DNA from: a virus
Reading direction: 5' to 3' (one strand)
IMG/VR virus record: IMGVR_UViG_3300042368_001013
Coordinates: 27,795 to 91,794 of that record
DNA: 64,000 bases
Shown here: positions 38,193-48,120 of the stretch, piece by piece
Layout of the letters: each line of letters begins with the position of its first letter
Numbering within the stretch: the first letter of the stretch is position 1
Made by a program: the position numbers and the translations under genes
Notes under the pieces: generated by a model
The model's input: the letters and a program-made list of their open reading frames with translations, nothing else
Told to the model about the DNA's origin: nothing
Databases searched by the model: none

Positions 38193-39614
38193 ATGAACTT
38201 TCAAGACAATACCCCATATGACATTTTAACAGAGAAGTGGAGCCCCGTGCTTGAGCATGGTGCCCTACCAAACATCTCTGATGATTATCGTAAGAAGGTC
38301 ACTGCCGTCCTTCTTGAAAACGAAGAGCAAGCTATTCGTTCTCAACACCTCACCGAAGACATGACTTCTAATAACTTGGGCATGCCAACCAACTTCACCA
38401 ACAATGGTGGAGTCGCAGGTTATGATCCAGTTCTTATCAGTCTCGTCCGTCGTGCAATGCCAAATCTCATGGCCTATGACATCTGCGGCGTTCAGCCAAT
38501 GACTGCTCCAACTGGCTTGATCTTTGCTATGCGCGCCAACTACGGTGGCCAAAACTACGGCAATACCACTTTCTACACTGAAGCTATGTTCCAAGAAGCC
38601 TTCCCAGCATACGGTGGCTCTGGTTACACTCTCGGTGCCTCAGAACGTGGTATCTGCGGTTTCTTTGGTCTCTGCGGTTCTTGCGGATTTAGCGGTGGTA
38701 ACAACCCAATATACCTCAGAAACAATGTTACTGCAGCACAATTCAGTGCTTTCCGTGGTATGTTGACCAACTCTGGTGAAGGTTTGGGTAGCGGAACTAG
38801 CAACCCATACAGCGCCTTTAACCAAATGGCCTTCTCAATTGACCGTGTTGCCGTACAAGCTCGTACTCGCGCTCTAAGCAGCAACTACACCATCGAATTG
38901 GCTCAAGATCTCAAGGCTGTTCACGGATTGGATGCCGAAGCCGAACTCGCAAATCTTCTCAGCACAGAAATTCTTGCTGAAATCAACCGCGAAATCGTTC
39001 GTACCATCTATTACGTTTCACGCAGCGGTTCTCAACAAGGCGATTTGACCAACAGAGGTCAATACGATCTTAATTCAGACTCAGACGGTCGTTGGTCTGC
39101 TGAAAGATTCCGTGGCCTCACTTTCCAAATTGAACGTGAATGCAACGCAATCGCCAAGGAAACTCGTCGTGGTAAGGGTAACTTTGTAATCTGCGATAGC
39201 GATACCGCAGCAGCCCTTGCAATGTCTGGTTTCATGAGTTTGAGCCCCGGCATCTCTCCTCAACTCAATGTTGATGATACTCAAAGCACCTTTGCTGGAT
39301 TGCTCAATGGTAAGGTTCGCGTCTATATCGATCCATACACCCCACTCGGCGCAAACTTCTTCTGCGTCGGATATAAGGGTGAATCTCCTTATGACGCTGG
39401 TCTCTTCTACTGCCCATACGTTCCGCTCCAAATGGTTCGTGCAGTAGATCCAAATACCTTCCAACCAAAGATTGGATTCAAGACCCGTTACGGCGTAGTT
39501 GCTAACCCATACGTCCTCAACGGCACCGTCCCCGATGGTGAAGCCTTGACTCAAGGTATCAACCAATACTATAGATTGACACAAGTCCTCAATCTACATG
39601 GTATGTGCCAATAA
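38193..39614 (+). CDS. gp23: Major capsid protein
   Basis: DPVLISLVRRAMPNL.AYDICGVQPM..PTGLIFAMR, ELAQDLKAVHGLDAE.EL, DAGLFYCPYVPL, GFKTRYG. Confidence 0.99.
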   Translation: MNFQDNTPYDILTEKWSPVLEHGALPNISDDYRKKVTAVLLENEEQAIRSQHLTEDMTSNNLGMPTNFTNNGGVAGYDPVLISLVRRAMPNLMAYDICGVQPMTAPTGLIFAMRANYGGQNYGNTTFYTEAMFQEAFPAYGGSGYTLGASERGICGFFGLCGSCGFSGGNNPIYLRNNVTAAQFSAFRGMLTNSGEGLGSGTSNPYSAFNQMAFSIDRVAVQARTRALSSNYTIELAQDLKAVHGLDAEAELANLLSTEILAEINREIVRTIYYVSRSGSQQGDLTNRGQYDLNSDSDGRWSAERFRGLTFQIERECNAIAKETRRGKGNFVICDSDTAAALAMSGFMSLSPGISPQLNVDDTQSTFAGLLNGKVRVYIDPYTPLGANFFCVGYKGESPYDAGLFYCPYVPLQMVRAVDPNTFQPKIGFKTRYGVVANPYVLNGTVPDGEALTQGINQYYRLTQVLNLHGMCQ

Positions 39615-39636
39615 TATAACTAAAAGGTTATAAAGA

Positions 39637-39667
39637 GCCCTCCCGAGAAATCGGGAGGGTTTTTTTT
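39637..39667 (+). terminator. Intrinsic terminator after gp23
   Basis: GCCCTCCCGA-GAAA-TCGGGAGGGT followed by a T-run. Confidence 0.92.
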
Positions 39668-39680
39668 ATAAATATTTTAT

Positions 39681-40214
39681 ATGCCTTTCTTAAAAAGTTT
39701 TAAAACATACTTAATCGAAGAACGAGAATCATTCTCTTTAGCTCAAGGACAAGCACCGGGAGTTAATTATGATTGGGACCCAAACTATAGGCATATTGGT
39801 GGAACTACTACATTAAACCCTGTAGTGACTGGTGACACACAAACAGCATTGGGTGGTAATACAAGTATGTTACATTGGATTAATTTAAATTTACTTGATA
39901 GTCTACCAAATACACATCCTCACTATAGTACATTAAAACTTTGGTTACAAAAATGGACTCAATTGGCTGTTGGATGGTATCATATACCAGAAGCAAATAG
40001 AATTAGATTGTATAACCAATATTATAGAGAATATACTCAAGGTTGGACCAATAGTTCTGGAACAATAACTTATCCAGCAATTCAAACTTTACTGCAAATG
40101 TTTTGGCCAGAAAATTTAGCAGTATCTTATAATAAAGATATGACAGGAAATTGTATTAGTTATCCAGGTAATAATGGCCCATGCTATTACGGTTCAAATA
40201 CACCATTGGGCTAA
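39681..40214 (+). CDS. Putative internal head protein, Trp/Tyr-rich
   Basis: N-terminus MPFLKSFKTYLIEE is capsid-targeting-like; TATAAATA 6 nt upstream. Confidence 0.55.
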   Translation: MPFLKSFKTYLIEERESFSLAQGQAPGVNYDWDPNYRHIGGTTTLNPVVTGDTQTALGGNTSMLHWINLNLLDSLPNTHPHYSTLKLWLQKWTQLAVGWYHIPEANRIRLYNQYYREYTQGWTNSSGTITYPAIQTLLQMFWPENLAVSYNKDMTGNCISYPGNNGPCYYGSNTPLG

Positions 40215-40217
40215 TTC

Positions 40218-40766
40218 ATGACAACAAATCCGTGCCAAGATAATACTAATAATCTTTACGCTAACTATTTTAGTTTTAAAATTCAGCGCGGAACAGATCA
40301 ATTAGAATTGATGGTCCAGAAAGCCAATCTTCCCGGATTAACTGTTCCTGATCAATCACAGCCTACAATTTTTGGTACAACAATACCAGTACCAACAATG
40401 ACAGTTCAATATGAACCTCTTGTTGTAGAATTTTTGGTAGATAACAATTTAAATAACTGGAAAACCATTTATTCTTGGATGCGTGATATAACAAACATAC
40501 AAGATGCTTATAATTACGATTTAGCTTACCAAAATTGGCATTATAGTGCATCTTTAATTTTACACCCTACAGTAAATTGTGATACACCAAATCCAGTTCT
40601 TACTGTAAAATTTGCTCACGTAATTCCCACCCGATTAAGTGGACTAGTATTTCAATCAGATGCAGCCGATGCAATCATCATAAAAGCATCAGCTACATTT
40701 AAATTTTCTTATTATGATCTTAATCCAGATGCTCCGGGTGCTCTTGGATATCCATACGGATCTTAA
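40218..40766 (+). CDS. gp3: Tail tube terminator gp3
   Basis: F.FKI.R, QKANLPG, YEPL.V.FLVD..L.NW..IY.WM, ATFKFSYY. Confidence 0.9.
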   Translation: MTTNPCQDNTNNLYANYFSFKIQRGTDQLELMVQKANLPGLTVPDQSQPTIFGTTIPVPTMTVQYEPLVVEFLVDNNLNNWKTIYSWMRDITNIQDAYNYDLAYQNWHYSASLILHPTVNCDTPNPVLTVKFAHVIPTRLSGLVFQSDAADAIIIKASATFKFSYYDLNPDAPGALGYPYGS

Positions 40767-41432
40767 TTACATATAATCTTTAGGATCGTCTGACCAGCTT
40801 TGTGGATCCGTAACTGGCTTATCAGGTTTATATGGCATTTTATTGCCCTCTGGTTTGATTGTACGGCGTTTCTTCTTCTTGGGTTTAGCTTCGGGTTCTT
40901 CTTCTACCGGAGGGCTTACAGAGGCTTCTGGCTCTGGTTCTATGTCATCATCTTCGTCACCAAAATCTGCTAAAATTTCAACACCTTCATAAGTATCCAT
41001 TAAATCATTTACAAAATTTACAAAATCTTCATTTGTAAATAAATCATTTAAAAGTTGTAAACCAGATTCTACATTAGCTGTGCCTTCCGGCAAGCTTGAG
41101 GTAATAGATTTAGGATCCTTTTGCATGGTCATAAAATATATTTCATACATTTTTTCTAATTCTAAAGAAGGATGACCAATAAAAATAATAGCTGATTCAG
41201 AAATAGTAACTTCAAACCCTTTAAGATTTCCAGCATAATTTGTTAGACGAACATATTCTACAACAACATCATTTTGATCTTTCTCAAAATAACTTTCTAA
41301 TTTTGCTGGTAATTTTATTGTAATTTTTCCAGGCGTTTCTTCATTAGCGAGACCAACAATTTCTTCGCCGGTCAACAGCTTCACAACTCTTAAAACGCCC
41401 GAGAATGAATTCTCAGGAAGTGATTCGGACAT
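40767..41432 (-). CDS. Sm-like protein with acidic tail (usual uvsW neighbour)
   Basis: VVKLLTGEEIVG; GGAGG RBS. Confidence 0.65.
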   Translation of the reverse strand: MSESLPENSFSGVLRVVKLLTGEEIVGLANEETPGKITIKLPAKLESYFEKDQNDVVVEYVRLTNYAGNLKGFEVTISESAIIFIGHPSLELEKMYEIYFMTMQKDPKSITSSLPEGTANVESGLQLLNDLFTNEDFVNFVNDLMDTYEGVEILADFGDEDDDIEPEPEASVSPPVEEEPEAKPKKKKRRTIKPEGNKMPYKPDKPVTDPQSWSDDPKDYM

Positions 41433-41453
41433 ATGTATGTCCTCCCTTCCTTA

Positions 41454-42962
41454 TTATTTATCTTTTAACAAATCAATAAATGACATTGAATATATTTTAT
41501 AATCAAATTTTTCTTTTTTGTATATTTTTAAACGCTCTTCAAAATGTCTGTATACGTGATTCTTGTGAGATTTATAAATTAAATCATCAACAATATCATA
41601 AACTTTTAATGTTTTCTTTTTCTCTGAAACACGCAACCCACGTCCAATACTTTGCAAAAGTCTTATAACAGATTTTGTAGGAGAGGCAAAAATAATATTA
41701 TCAAGATTGACAATGTTGATACCAGCAGAAGTAGTGCCGAAAGACGCAACCAATATTGCATTTTTTTCTCGGTCCACAACCCTGCGGATGTGTTCTCTTG
41801 TCTCAGCTTCTGTTTTTCCAGATATAAAATATACCTGTCTATTGCTTCCCGCTGCTTGTATGAGAGCGTGGAGTGGCTTGCCATGGTCCTCAACGTAATT
41901 AAAGAGTACGAGCGTGTTTCCTTTTGTTCGGAGGGCAAGTTCTTTAATGAATTGATTTCTTTTTTCATTTTTTGCCACCCATTTTATTTCATCGGAATAT
42001 TTTTGTTTTTTAAGAAGTTCTTTTTCTTCCTCTGTATATTTAAGAATTATACAATCTATACCCAGTTTAGCAAGCAAGCCTTTATTCATTAAATTTTTAG
42101 TATGAATAAATTGTACTGCTGGACCCAATATACCTTCAATACTCAATCTATGTGCTTGTGTTTGCTGTAAAGTTCCTGTGGTTCCTATTCTAAACCAAGC
42201 TTTGGAAAGTTTCTGACCAATAAAGTTGATAGATTCTGCTTTGGCTTGATGACATTCATCAAAAAAGATAGCATCAAATTGATCAAACCAAGTTTTTGGT
42301 AGTTTATATATCGACTGCCACGTGGATATTACAATTTGTTTATTAGTATCTTTATCCTGTCCTGCTGATATTTTGTGAATATATTTTTTACACGACCAAG
42401 ATTTATCTTGAGTTGAGTAATCAAAAAAATCAGATTCCATTTGGCTTACTAAACCAACTGTAGGAACTAATACTAAAATTTTACGATCTATACCTATTAC
42501 GGATTGCAGAAACCTGACCAAGACGTATATGATTAAACTTTTGCCTGAACCAGTTGGAGAAATCACCACCCCCCTGTGGTTGTTTAATGCATGTAGAATT
42601 GCTTCTTGTTGGTGTGCATGCATTTTTACTGGTTGCTTTCGAACAGATACTTTTAAAGAATCGTAATACTTTAAAAATTGTTCTTCTGTAATGCATACTT
42701 TATTTTTTGTTTCTTTAATATTTAAGAAGTATTTTCTTTCTTCGGCAAACTTTTTTAAATAAGTTTTTAATCCTCTTGGTAATGTAGAAGAAAGAATATC
42801 ATACAATCTAATTTTCCCATCCCATAGCCTGCGTTTAAACATAGGCATATATTCGGCACCGGGGACCATAAATGAAAAATAATCCCGCAATTCTTTTTTT
42901 ATCGCTTGTTCGGTTTTGATGTAGTAGCGAACTTCATCAATAGATTCAACTTCAATATCCAC
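41454..42962 (-). CDS. uvsW: UvsW SF2 helicase
   Basis: FSF.VPGA.YMP...WDGKIRL, SPTGSGKS, DECH, QSIGRGLR. Confidence 0.97.
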   Translation of the reverse strand: MDIEVESIDEVRYYIKTEQAIKKELRDYFSFMVPGAEYMPMFKRRLWDGKIRLYDILSSTLPRGLKTYLKKFAEERKYFLNIKETKNKVCITEEQFLKYYDSLKVSVRKQPVKMHAHQQEAILHALNNHRGVVISPTGSGKSLIIYVLVRFLQSVIGIDRKILVLVPTVGLVSQMESDFFDYSTQDKSWSCKKYIHKISAGQDKDTNKQIVISTWQSIYKLPKTWFDQFDAIFFDECHQAKAESINFIGQKLSKAWFRIGTTGTLQQTQAHRLSIEGILGPAVQFIHTKNLMNKGLLAKLGIDCIILKYTEEEKELLKKQKYSDEIKWVAKNEKRNQFIKELALRTKGNTLVLFNYVEDHGKPLHALIQAAGSNRQVYFISGKTEAETREHIRRVVDREKNAILVASFGTTSAGINIVNLDNIIFASPTKSVIRLLQSIGRGLRVSEKKKTLKVYDIVDDLIYKSHKNHVYRHFEERLKIYKKEKFDYKIYSMSFIDLLKDK

Positions 42963-42969
42963 ATAATAT

Positions 42970-43407
42970 TTATGCTACGCCATTCATAAGTTTATGCCAC
43001 TCAATAGCAGACTTGATCATAAAATTTCTATTATTGATTGAACGTATAAATTCTTCAACCATTTTTAATTTTACTTCTGCAACTGATATTTTAGATTTCA
43101 ATTCTATAACTTTTGCATCAGCTTCAACAAACTGTTCTACATCGCTTTTTAACAAAGTAAGTTCTGATGGTTCTTCTTTCCACAATTCAAGTTCTTCTTT
43201 AGAAGCTTTTCCTGTGTAAATTTTCCATTTACGCAATTTTAATACGGCCAAATCATTTTGATATTTTGCCAAAAGTAATTTGACATCTGCAAGTATGGTT
43301 AGATACTTAGAGTGTATTTGAGGTATCTTAAGAGACTCTATACCTAACTCAGTAGAGTCTATTTGAGAGTCTTTAGTAATAAGTTCTTTAAGGTTCTCTA
43401 GATTCAT
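42970..43407 (-). CDS. uvsY: Recombination mediator UvsY
   Basis: D..ID...L..ESLKIPQIHSKYL, YTGKA, R.F.IK.AIEW. Confidence 0.95.
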   Translation of the reverse strand: MNLENLKELITKDSQIDSTELGIESLKIPQIHSKYLTILADVKLLLAKYQNDLAVLKLRKWKIYTGKASKEELELWKEEPSELTLLKSDVEQFVEADAKVIELKSKISVAEVKLKMVEEFIRSINNRNFMIKSAIEWHKLMNGVA

Positions 43408-43419
43408 CTTTTATGATTT

Positions 43420-43485
43420 ATTTTATAGTACTCTAGAATAAAGTCAAATAAATAATCTTGACTTTTCTTAAAGGTAATTTATAAT
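43420..43485. promoter_or_regulatory. Divergent sigma70-type promoters for uvsY (-) and the glycosylation island (+)
   Basis: (-) TTGACT-N16-TAAAAT at 43447..43420; (+) TTGACT-N16-TATAAT at 43458..43485. Confidence 0.75.
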
Positions 43486-43501
43486 AGTTGAAAGGACTAA
43501 A

Positions 43502-44137
43502 ATGATTATTGATTTGCGTGAAATTTCGGTTGTCTGGATAAATCTAGACTCAGCAAAAAAGAATGCTGAAACTATGCAAGAACGTTTTCACAAATTTGGT
43601 TTTAAAAATACACATAGAAAACCAGGTTTAATAATTCCACCACCTCCAAATACAGATAAATCGATAGCACATTTTAGGGGGTGTGGACAATCTCATATTG
43701 ACATTTTGGATGATACAAATTATTCAACACCATTGTTGATTTTAGAAGATGATGTTGAATTTTATGATAATTTTAATCCAGTAATTGAAGTACCAGATGA
43801 TGCTGATGGAATCTATCTTGGTATTTCACACGGCAATATTTACTATCAAACTGCAATGTACAATGAAAATTATTTAAGAATAAATGGTATTTTAGCTGCA
43901 CATGCCATTTTGTACATTACACCCAAATATAGGCAAGCTATGTCTGAAATTGGTAAATTTTGTTTATATGATTTAAATAAACCGTGGGATGTGGGTACTG
44001 CAGGTATTCAAAAAGAATATATGGTATTAACACCAAATAGTCCTATGATATATCAATCGGATGATAGGGAAAGTTCTAATAAATGGCAACGCCTTACTGA
44101 TCAACCTCTTAAAGTGAAAAATAATTTAGTATTATGA
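43502..44137 (+). CDS. GT25-like glycosyltransferase
   Basis: WINLD, GC..SH, LLILEDDV, AHAILY. Confidence 0.75.
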   Translation: MIIDLREISVVWINLDSAKKNAETMQERFHKFGFKNTHRKPGLIIPPPPNTDKSIAHFRGCGQSHIDILDDTNYSTPLLILEDDVEFYDNFNPVIEVPDDADGIYLGISHGNIYYQTAMYNENYLRINGILAAHAILYITPKYRQAMSEIGKFCLYDLNKPWDVGTAGIQKEYMVLTPNSPMIYQSDDRESSNKWQRLTDQPLKVKNNLVL

Positions 44138-44919
44138 TTACATTTAAAACACTAGGTGTACATGGAAGAGCTGGCAATCAATTATTTCAATATGCTTGTT
44201 TATATTCAGTAGCAAAAAGAAATAATTATGAATTTGGTGTTCCATATAAAAATAAACACGAAAATCCATATTTTAATTTTGTTTTGCCTGAATATTTTAA
44301 AAATTTAAGTGCAAAAGATTGTTCTTATTATATGCCTCAATATTTGTATGAGCCCCCTTGTTGGGAATATAATGATTCTGTATTTAATGTAAAAGATAAT
44401 ACTGAAATACGAGGATATTTTCAAAGTGAAAAGTATTTTACAGATTACAAAGAAGATATTAAAAAAGAATTTACTTTTAAAGATGAAATATATGAAGAAT
44501 CTTTATATAAAAGAAACCAAATTAGCGATCCATTAATTGCCATTCATGTGCGCATCGGTGATTTTAAATTATTAAAAGGTAAACACCCAATCTGCGATGA
44601 ACAGTATTATTTACGTGCTTTAAGTTTATTACCACAAGATATTCCGTATATTATTTTTAGTGATACTCCATATGAAGTACATCACAGCTTAAAAACAAAT
44701 AGTCGTAATAAAAATTTAAATCAAAATTTAAATGAAAAAATGGACATGTGTTTAATGAGTATGTGTAATTATCATATTATAGCCAATAGTACATTTAGTT
44801 GGTGGGGAGCTTGGCTTTCAAATACCAATCAAGTAATTGCTCCAGCAAAATGGTTTGGAGATGAACTCGACATTCACAAGTGGTCTGACCTTTATTGTAA
44901 AAATTGGATTGTCATATGA
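44134..44919 (+). CDS. GT11 alpha-1,2-fucosyl/colitosyltransferase
   Basis: GR.GNQLFQYA, GYFQSEKYF, HVR.GD, IIANSTFSWWGAWL. Confidence 0.92.
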   Translation: MITFKTLGVHGRAGNQLFQYACLYSVAKRNNYEFGVPYKNKHENPYFNFVLPEYFKNLSAKDCSYYMPQYLYEPPCWEYNDSVFNVKDNTEIRGYFQSEKYFTDYKEDIKKEFTFKDEIYEESLYKRNQISDPLIAIHVRIGDFKLLKGKHPICDEQYYLRALSLLPQDIPYIIFSDTPYEVHHSLKTNSRNKNLNQNLNEKMDMCLMSMCNYHIIANSTFSWWGAWLSNTNQVIAPAKWFGDELDIHKWSDLYCKNWIVI

Positions 44920-45737
44920 ATACATTAAATATTTTTACCAGTGCTTTTAATAATCACTCATGTTTGAAAAGTCCACCAAAATTATTTTCTTGGATTTTTA
45001 ATACATATCCAACAAACAATGCTCCCGTAATTTATTTTGACGATGCAATTTTTAGATATATGAATGATGGATATACCGGACCCAAATATGGTTGGTTGGG
45101 TGAGTCTTCGGAAATTATATCCTCCCTTATAATGGGAGTGACATCAAATAAAGATGTATTGAAGTTAAGATATAAAAATATTTTTACAAATGATCAAAGA
45201 ATTATAAAAATTGATCCAAAGTTTTTTATATACAATCCACCTGCATCTAATATGCCATGGGTAGATAAAGCAAGCATATATGAAAAAACAAAATTATGTT
45301 CATACATAACCAGCTTTAAACAATTTACTTCTGGGCACATTAAAAGAATGGAATTGTTTGAAAAATTAAAAAATGATTCTAGATTTGCAGACCACATTTA
45401 CGGTAGAGATTATAAATTTATACCCAACAAGTTAGATGGATTGAAGGATTACATGTTTTCTATAGTTGTAGAAAATAGCATATATCCAAAATATTATACA
45501 GAAAAAATAACAGACTGTTTTGCCACTGGAACGGTGCCTATATATTATGGTGACAAAAGCATTGGTGAAGATTTTAATAGTAAAGGTATAATTTTTATAG
45601 ATGATATGGAAACTTTTGATTTTCTTACACCAGAACTATATAAAGAATGTTTGCCATATGTAAAAGAAAATTACGAAAGAGTAAATAGTCTTACTACTGC
45701 TGATGATTGTATTTACAAGAGTGTGATGAATGATTAA
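44916..45737 (+). CDS. GT10-like fucosyltransferase
   Basis: YMFSIVVENS....YYTEKITDCF..GTVPIYYG. Confidence 0.82.
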   Translation: MNTLNIFTSAFNNHSCLKSPPKLFSWIFNTYPTNNAPVIYFDDAIFRYMNDGYTGPKYGWLGESSEIISSLIMGVTSNKDVLKLRYKNIFTNDQRIIKIDPKFFIYNPPASNMPWVDKASIYEKTKLCSYITSFKQFTSGHIKRMELFEKLKNDSRFADHIYGRDYKFIPNKLDGLKDYMFSIVVENSIYPKYYTEKITDCFATGTVPIYYGDKSIGEDFNSKGIIFIDDMETFDFLTPELYKECLPYVKENYERVNSLTTADDCIYKSVMND

Positions 45738-46596
45738 ATTATCAATATACGGTTTTTGGCCAAACTTTAATTACGAAGATAACTTTTTTAAATCATTGTT
45801 CCAAGACATTTATGGAAATGATTTTTCATATACAACAAATCCGTATGAATCTAATTTATGTTTAATTGGTGAAAATTTAATTCCTCCGGGGTTAGATAGA
45901 TCAAAAACCAAATTGATATCGCATATAGCGGAGCCAAAAAACCCGTTCTATGACATTGCAGATTATCATTTTACATTTGATCCAACAGATTTGCCAAATG
46001 GAAATATTAGAATTCCTTTGTGGATGCTCTACATCAACAAATACAATTTAACAAGCGAACAATGCCCAGCTTTACCAGTTAATATAGATACCTTAACAAA
46101 CAATCAGTGGTTTAATCATCCAAAAACTGAATTTTGTGTGACTCCATTTTCTGCAGTACATGCAAATAGAATGGAATTTTGGCAAAAATTTAATCAATAC
46201 AAAAAGACCGATGGGTTTGGATTGCCATTTGGAAACGGAGATCAACAGAGAGATCAACTTAAAAAATATTTTGTAATTGCTCCATACAAATTTTGTATGG
46301 CGTATGAAAATACAAATAAACTTGGTTATGTCACAGAAAAAATACTACAAGCAAAAACTTCTGGATGCATCCCAATATATTGGGGTAGCGATCATGTCTT
46401 AAAGGATTTTAATCCAAATAGCTTTATCTATGTAAATAATTTTAACTCAATAAATGATGTGTTAGAATATGTTAAACGTGTAGACAATGACCCAAGTTTA
46501 TATGAATTGATTTATAAAAGTCCTATTTTTCATTACGATATTAATGAAAAATATGAAGAAATTAAAAGATTAATAAAGAAAACTATTTCAATATGA
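45730..46596 (+). CDS. GT10 alpha-1,3/4-fucosyltransferase
   Basis: YKFCMAYEN....GYVTEKI..A...GCIPIYWG, DFNPNSFI. Confidence 0.9.
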   Translation: MIKLSIYGFWPNFNYEDNFFKSLFQDIYGNDFSYTTNPYESNLCLIGENLIPPGLDRSKTKLISHIAEPKNPFYDIADYHFTFDPTDLPNGNIRIPLWMLYINKYNLTSEQCPALPVNIDTLTNNQWFNHPKTEFCVTPFSAVHANRMEFWQKFNQYKKTDGFGLPFGNGDQQRDQLKKYFVIAPYKFCMAYENTNKLGYVTEKILQAKTSGCIPIYWGSDHVLKDFNPNSFIYVNNFNSINDVLEYVKRVDNDPSLYELIYKSPIFHYDINEKYEEIKRLIKKTISI

Positions 46597-47348
46597 ATGT
46601 ACAAGTTATCACCTTACCGGAAGCAACGGAAAGACAAAGTAAAATAAAAAATAATTTTAACAACCACAATATTGGTTTTGATTTTAAAAGTGGAATAAAA
46701 TTAAATGAATGTTTTTTTATAGAAGAAAATGGAAAACATTTTGTTGTATGTGATAATATAAAATTGGAAATAAATGAAAATTTGCTTTTACAAAATACGA
46801 ATAGAAACTGGATTCGTTTTGGTGAAATAGCAGCCTACATAGCACATTATAAATTATGGAAAGAGTTTTTAAACTCAAATAACGAAATAGTTATTATATG
46901 CGAAGATGACGCAAACCCACAATCTGATTTGCTTTTTTTAAATTCTTTTGACTATTCTAATATTGATTTTTTAAATTTACAAAATGTAACTGCACACAAC
47001 CAACCAAAAATAAATTTGTACCGAGAACCATTTGTAAAAATAAGTAATAAACTTGTAGAATACAAAACACAGTTACCTATTTTGTGCGAAGGTTTGGCAG
47101 CATACTTAATTACTAAATCTGGAGCAAATAAACTGTGTTCTTACATTGAAGCCAACGGTTACGTTGGTCCTAATGACTGTATGATCACCAAATTGTGCCA
47201 AAATGGAATAATGAGTATTCATGCCCCCGTAGATGTTGAAAAGTGTTTTGGGTTAGATGCTGAAACTTATGAAACTTCTTATACACATTCCGGGGCATTT
47301 AAAATTTTTAAACAATTTAACCAAATGGTATTGCAAGTAAGGGAGTAA
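46593..47348 (+). CDS. GT25 glycosyltransferase
   Basis: VITL..A.ER, GEIA.Y..H..LW, ICEDD, AYLITK.GA.KL. Confidence 0.85.
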   Translation: MNVQVITLPEATERQSKIKNNFNNHNIGFDFKSGIKLNECFFIEENGKHFVVCDNIKLEINENLLLQNTNRNWIRFGEIAAYIAHYKLWKEFLNSNNEIVIICEDDANPQSDLLFLNSFDYSNIDFLNLQNVTAHNQPKINLYREPFVKISNKLVEYKTQLPILCEGLAAYLITKSGANKLCSYIEANGYVGPNDCMITKLCQNGIMSIHAPVDVEKCFGLDAETYETSYTHSGAFKIFKQFNQMVLQVRE

Positions 47349-47349
47349 T

Positions 47350-48117
47350 ATGTCTTATCTTCTGATAGAAAAAAGAACTGGTGGTTTGATGTCCTGCTTC
47401 AATTTAATCGCAGCGAGTCTAAGTTATCTTTATGATAATCAAATAAACAATTTTTATTTTATTTGGAACAGCGCCACTTATCAAAATAATCCACATGACA
47501 ATTTATTTGATAAGTTTATTTTTAAACAAACCCAACCAAGCGGCACATCTCCTTGGTCAAAAGTTATTAATGTTTTTGAATTAAGCCACCATTTTTATGC
47601 TCCAGTCGTACCACAAGAAAAAGTTGTAAGAATACACAATATATTGCAATATTATCATTATTTTTCAAATCCAATATATCAAGAACTCTTCAATACAGTA
47701 CCAAATAAACCAAAAACATTGGGTGTCCACGTAAGAAGAACTGACCACGCTATTCACGGAGATATATTGCCGGATGAATACTATTTTGAAAAAATAGATG
47801 CCAATTTAAAAACCGGAAAATATGAAAATATATTTTTAGCTACTGACGAATATAAAATTGTAGATGCATTTAAAAACAAGTATGGTAATATGTTATTTAC
47901 AAATGAGAATATAACAAGAAGCAATAATGACGTAACTATTCCATTTTGTAATTATGAAGACAAAGACAAGCTAGCATTAGATATTTTTAAAGAAGGAATT
48001 GCTCTTTCTAGGTGTGACAAAATGATTTTTACTAGTAGCAATATACCGAATTACGTAAGGTTTTTAAGTCCAAACATGGATTGCGAACAGATAGATACTC
48101 ATATACAGTTTAGGTAA
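47350..48117 (+). CDS. NodZ/GT23-like GDP-fucose-dependent transferase
   Basis: GG..S.F, LGVHVRRTD, IFLATD, LS.CD..I...SN. Confidence 0.8.
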   Translation: MSYLLIEKRTGGLMSCFNLIAASLSYLYDNQINNFYFIWNSATYQNNPHDNLFDKFIFKQTQPSGTSPWSKVINVFELSHHFYAPVVPQEKVVRIHNILQYYHYFSNPIYQELFNTVPNKPKTLGVHVRRTDHAIHGDILPDEYYFEKIDANLKTGKYENIFLATDEYKIVDAFKNKYGNMLFTNENITRSNNDVTIPFCNYEDKDKLALDIFKEGIALSRCDKMIFTSSNIPNYVRFLSPNMDCEQIDTHIQFR

Positions 48118-48120
48118 TTT

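Noticed and set aside
38265-39584. Antisense and alternate-frame ORFs over gp23 (and similar ones over gp32, guaC, uvsW, gp46, gp47)
   Set aside because: Shadow ORFs expected from codon bias of the real genes; no RBS, promoter or protein-like motifs.
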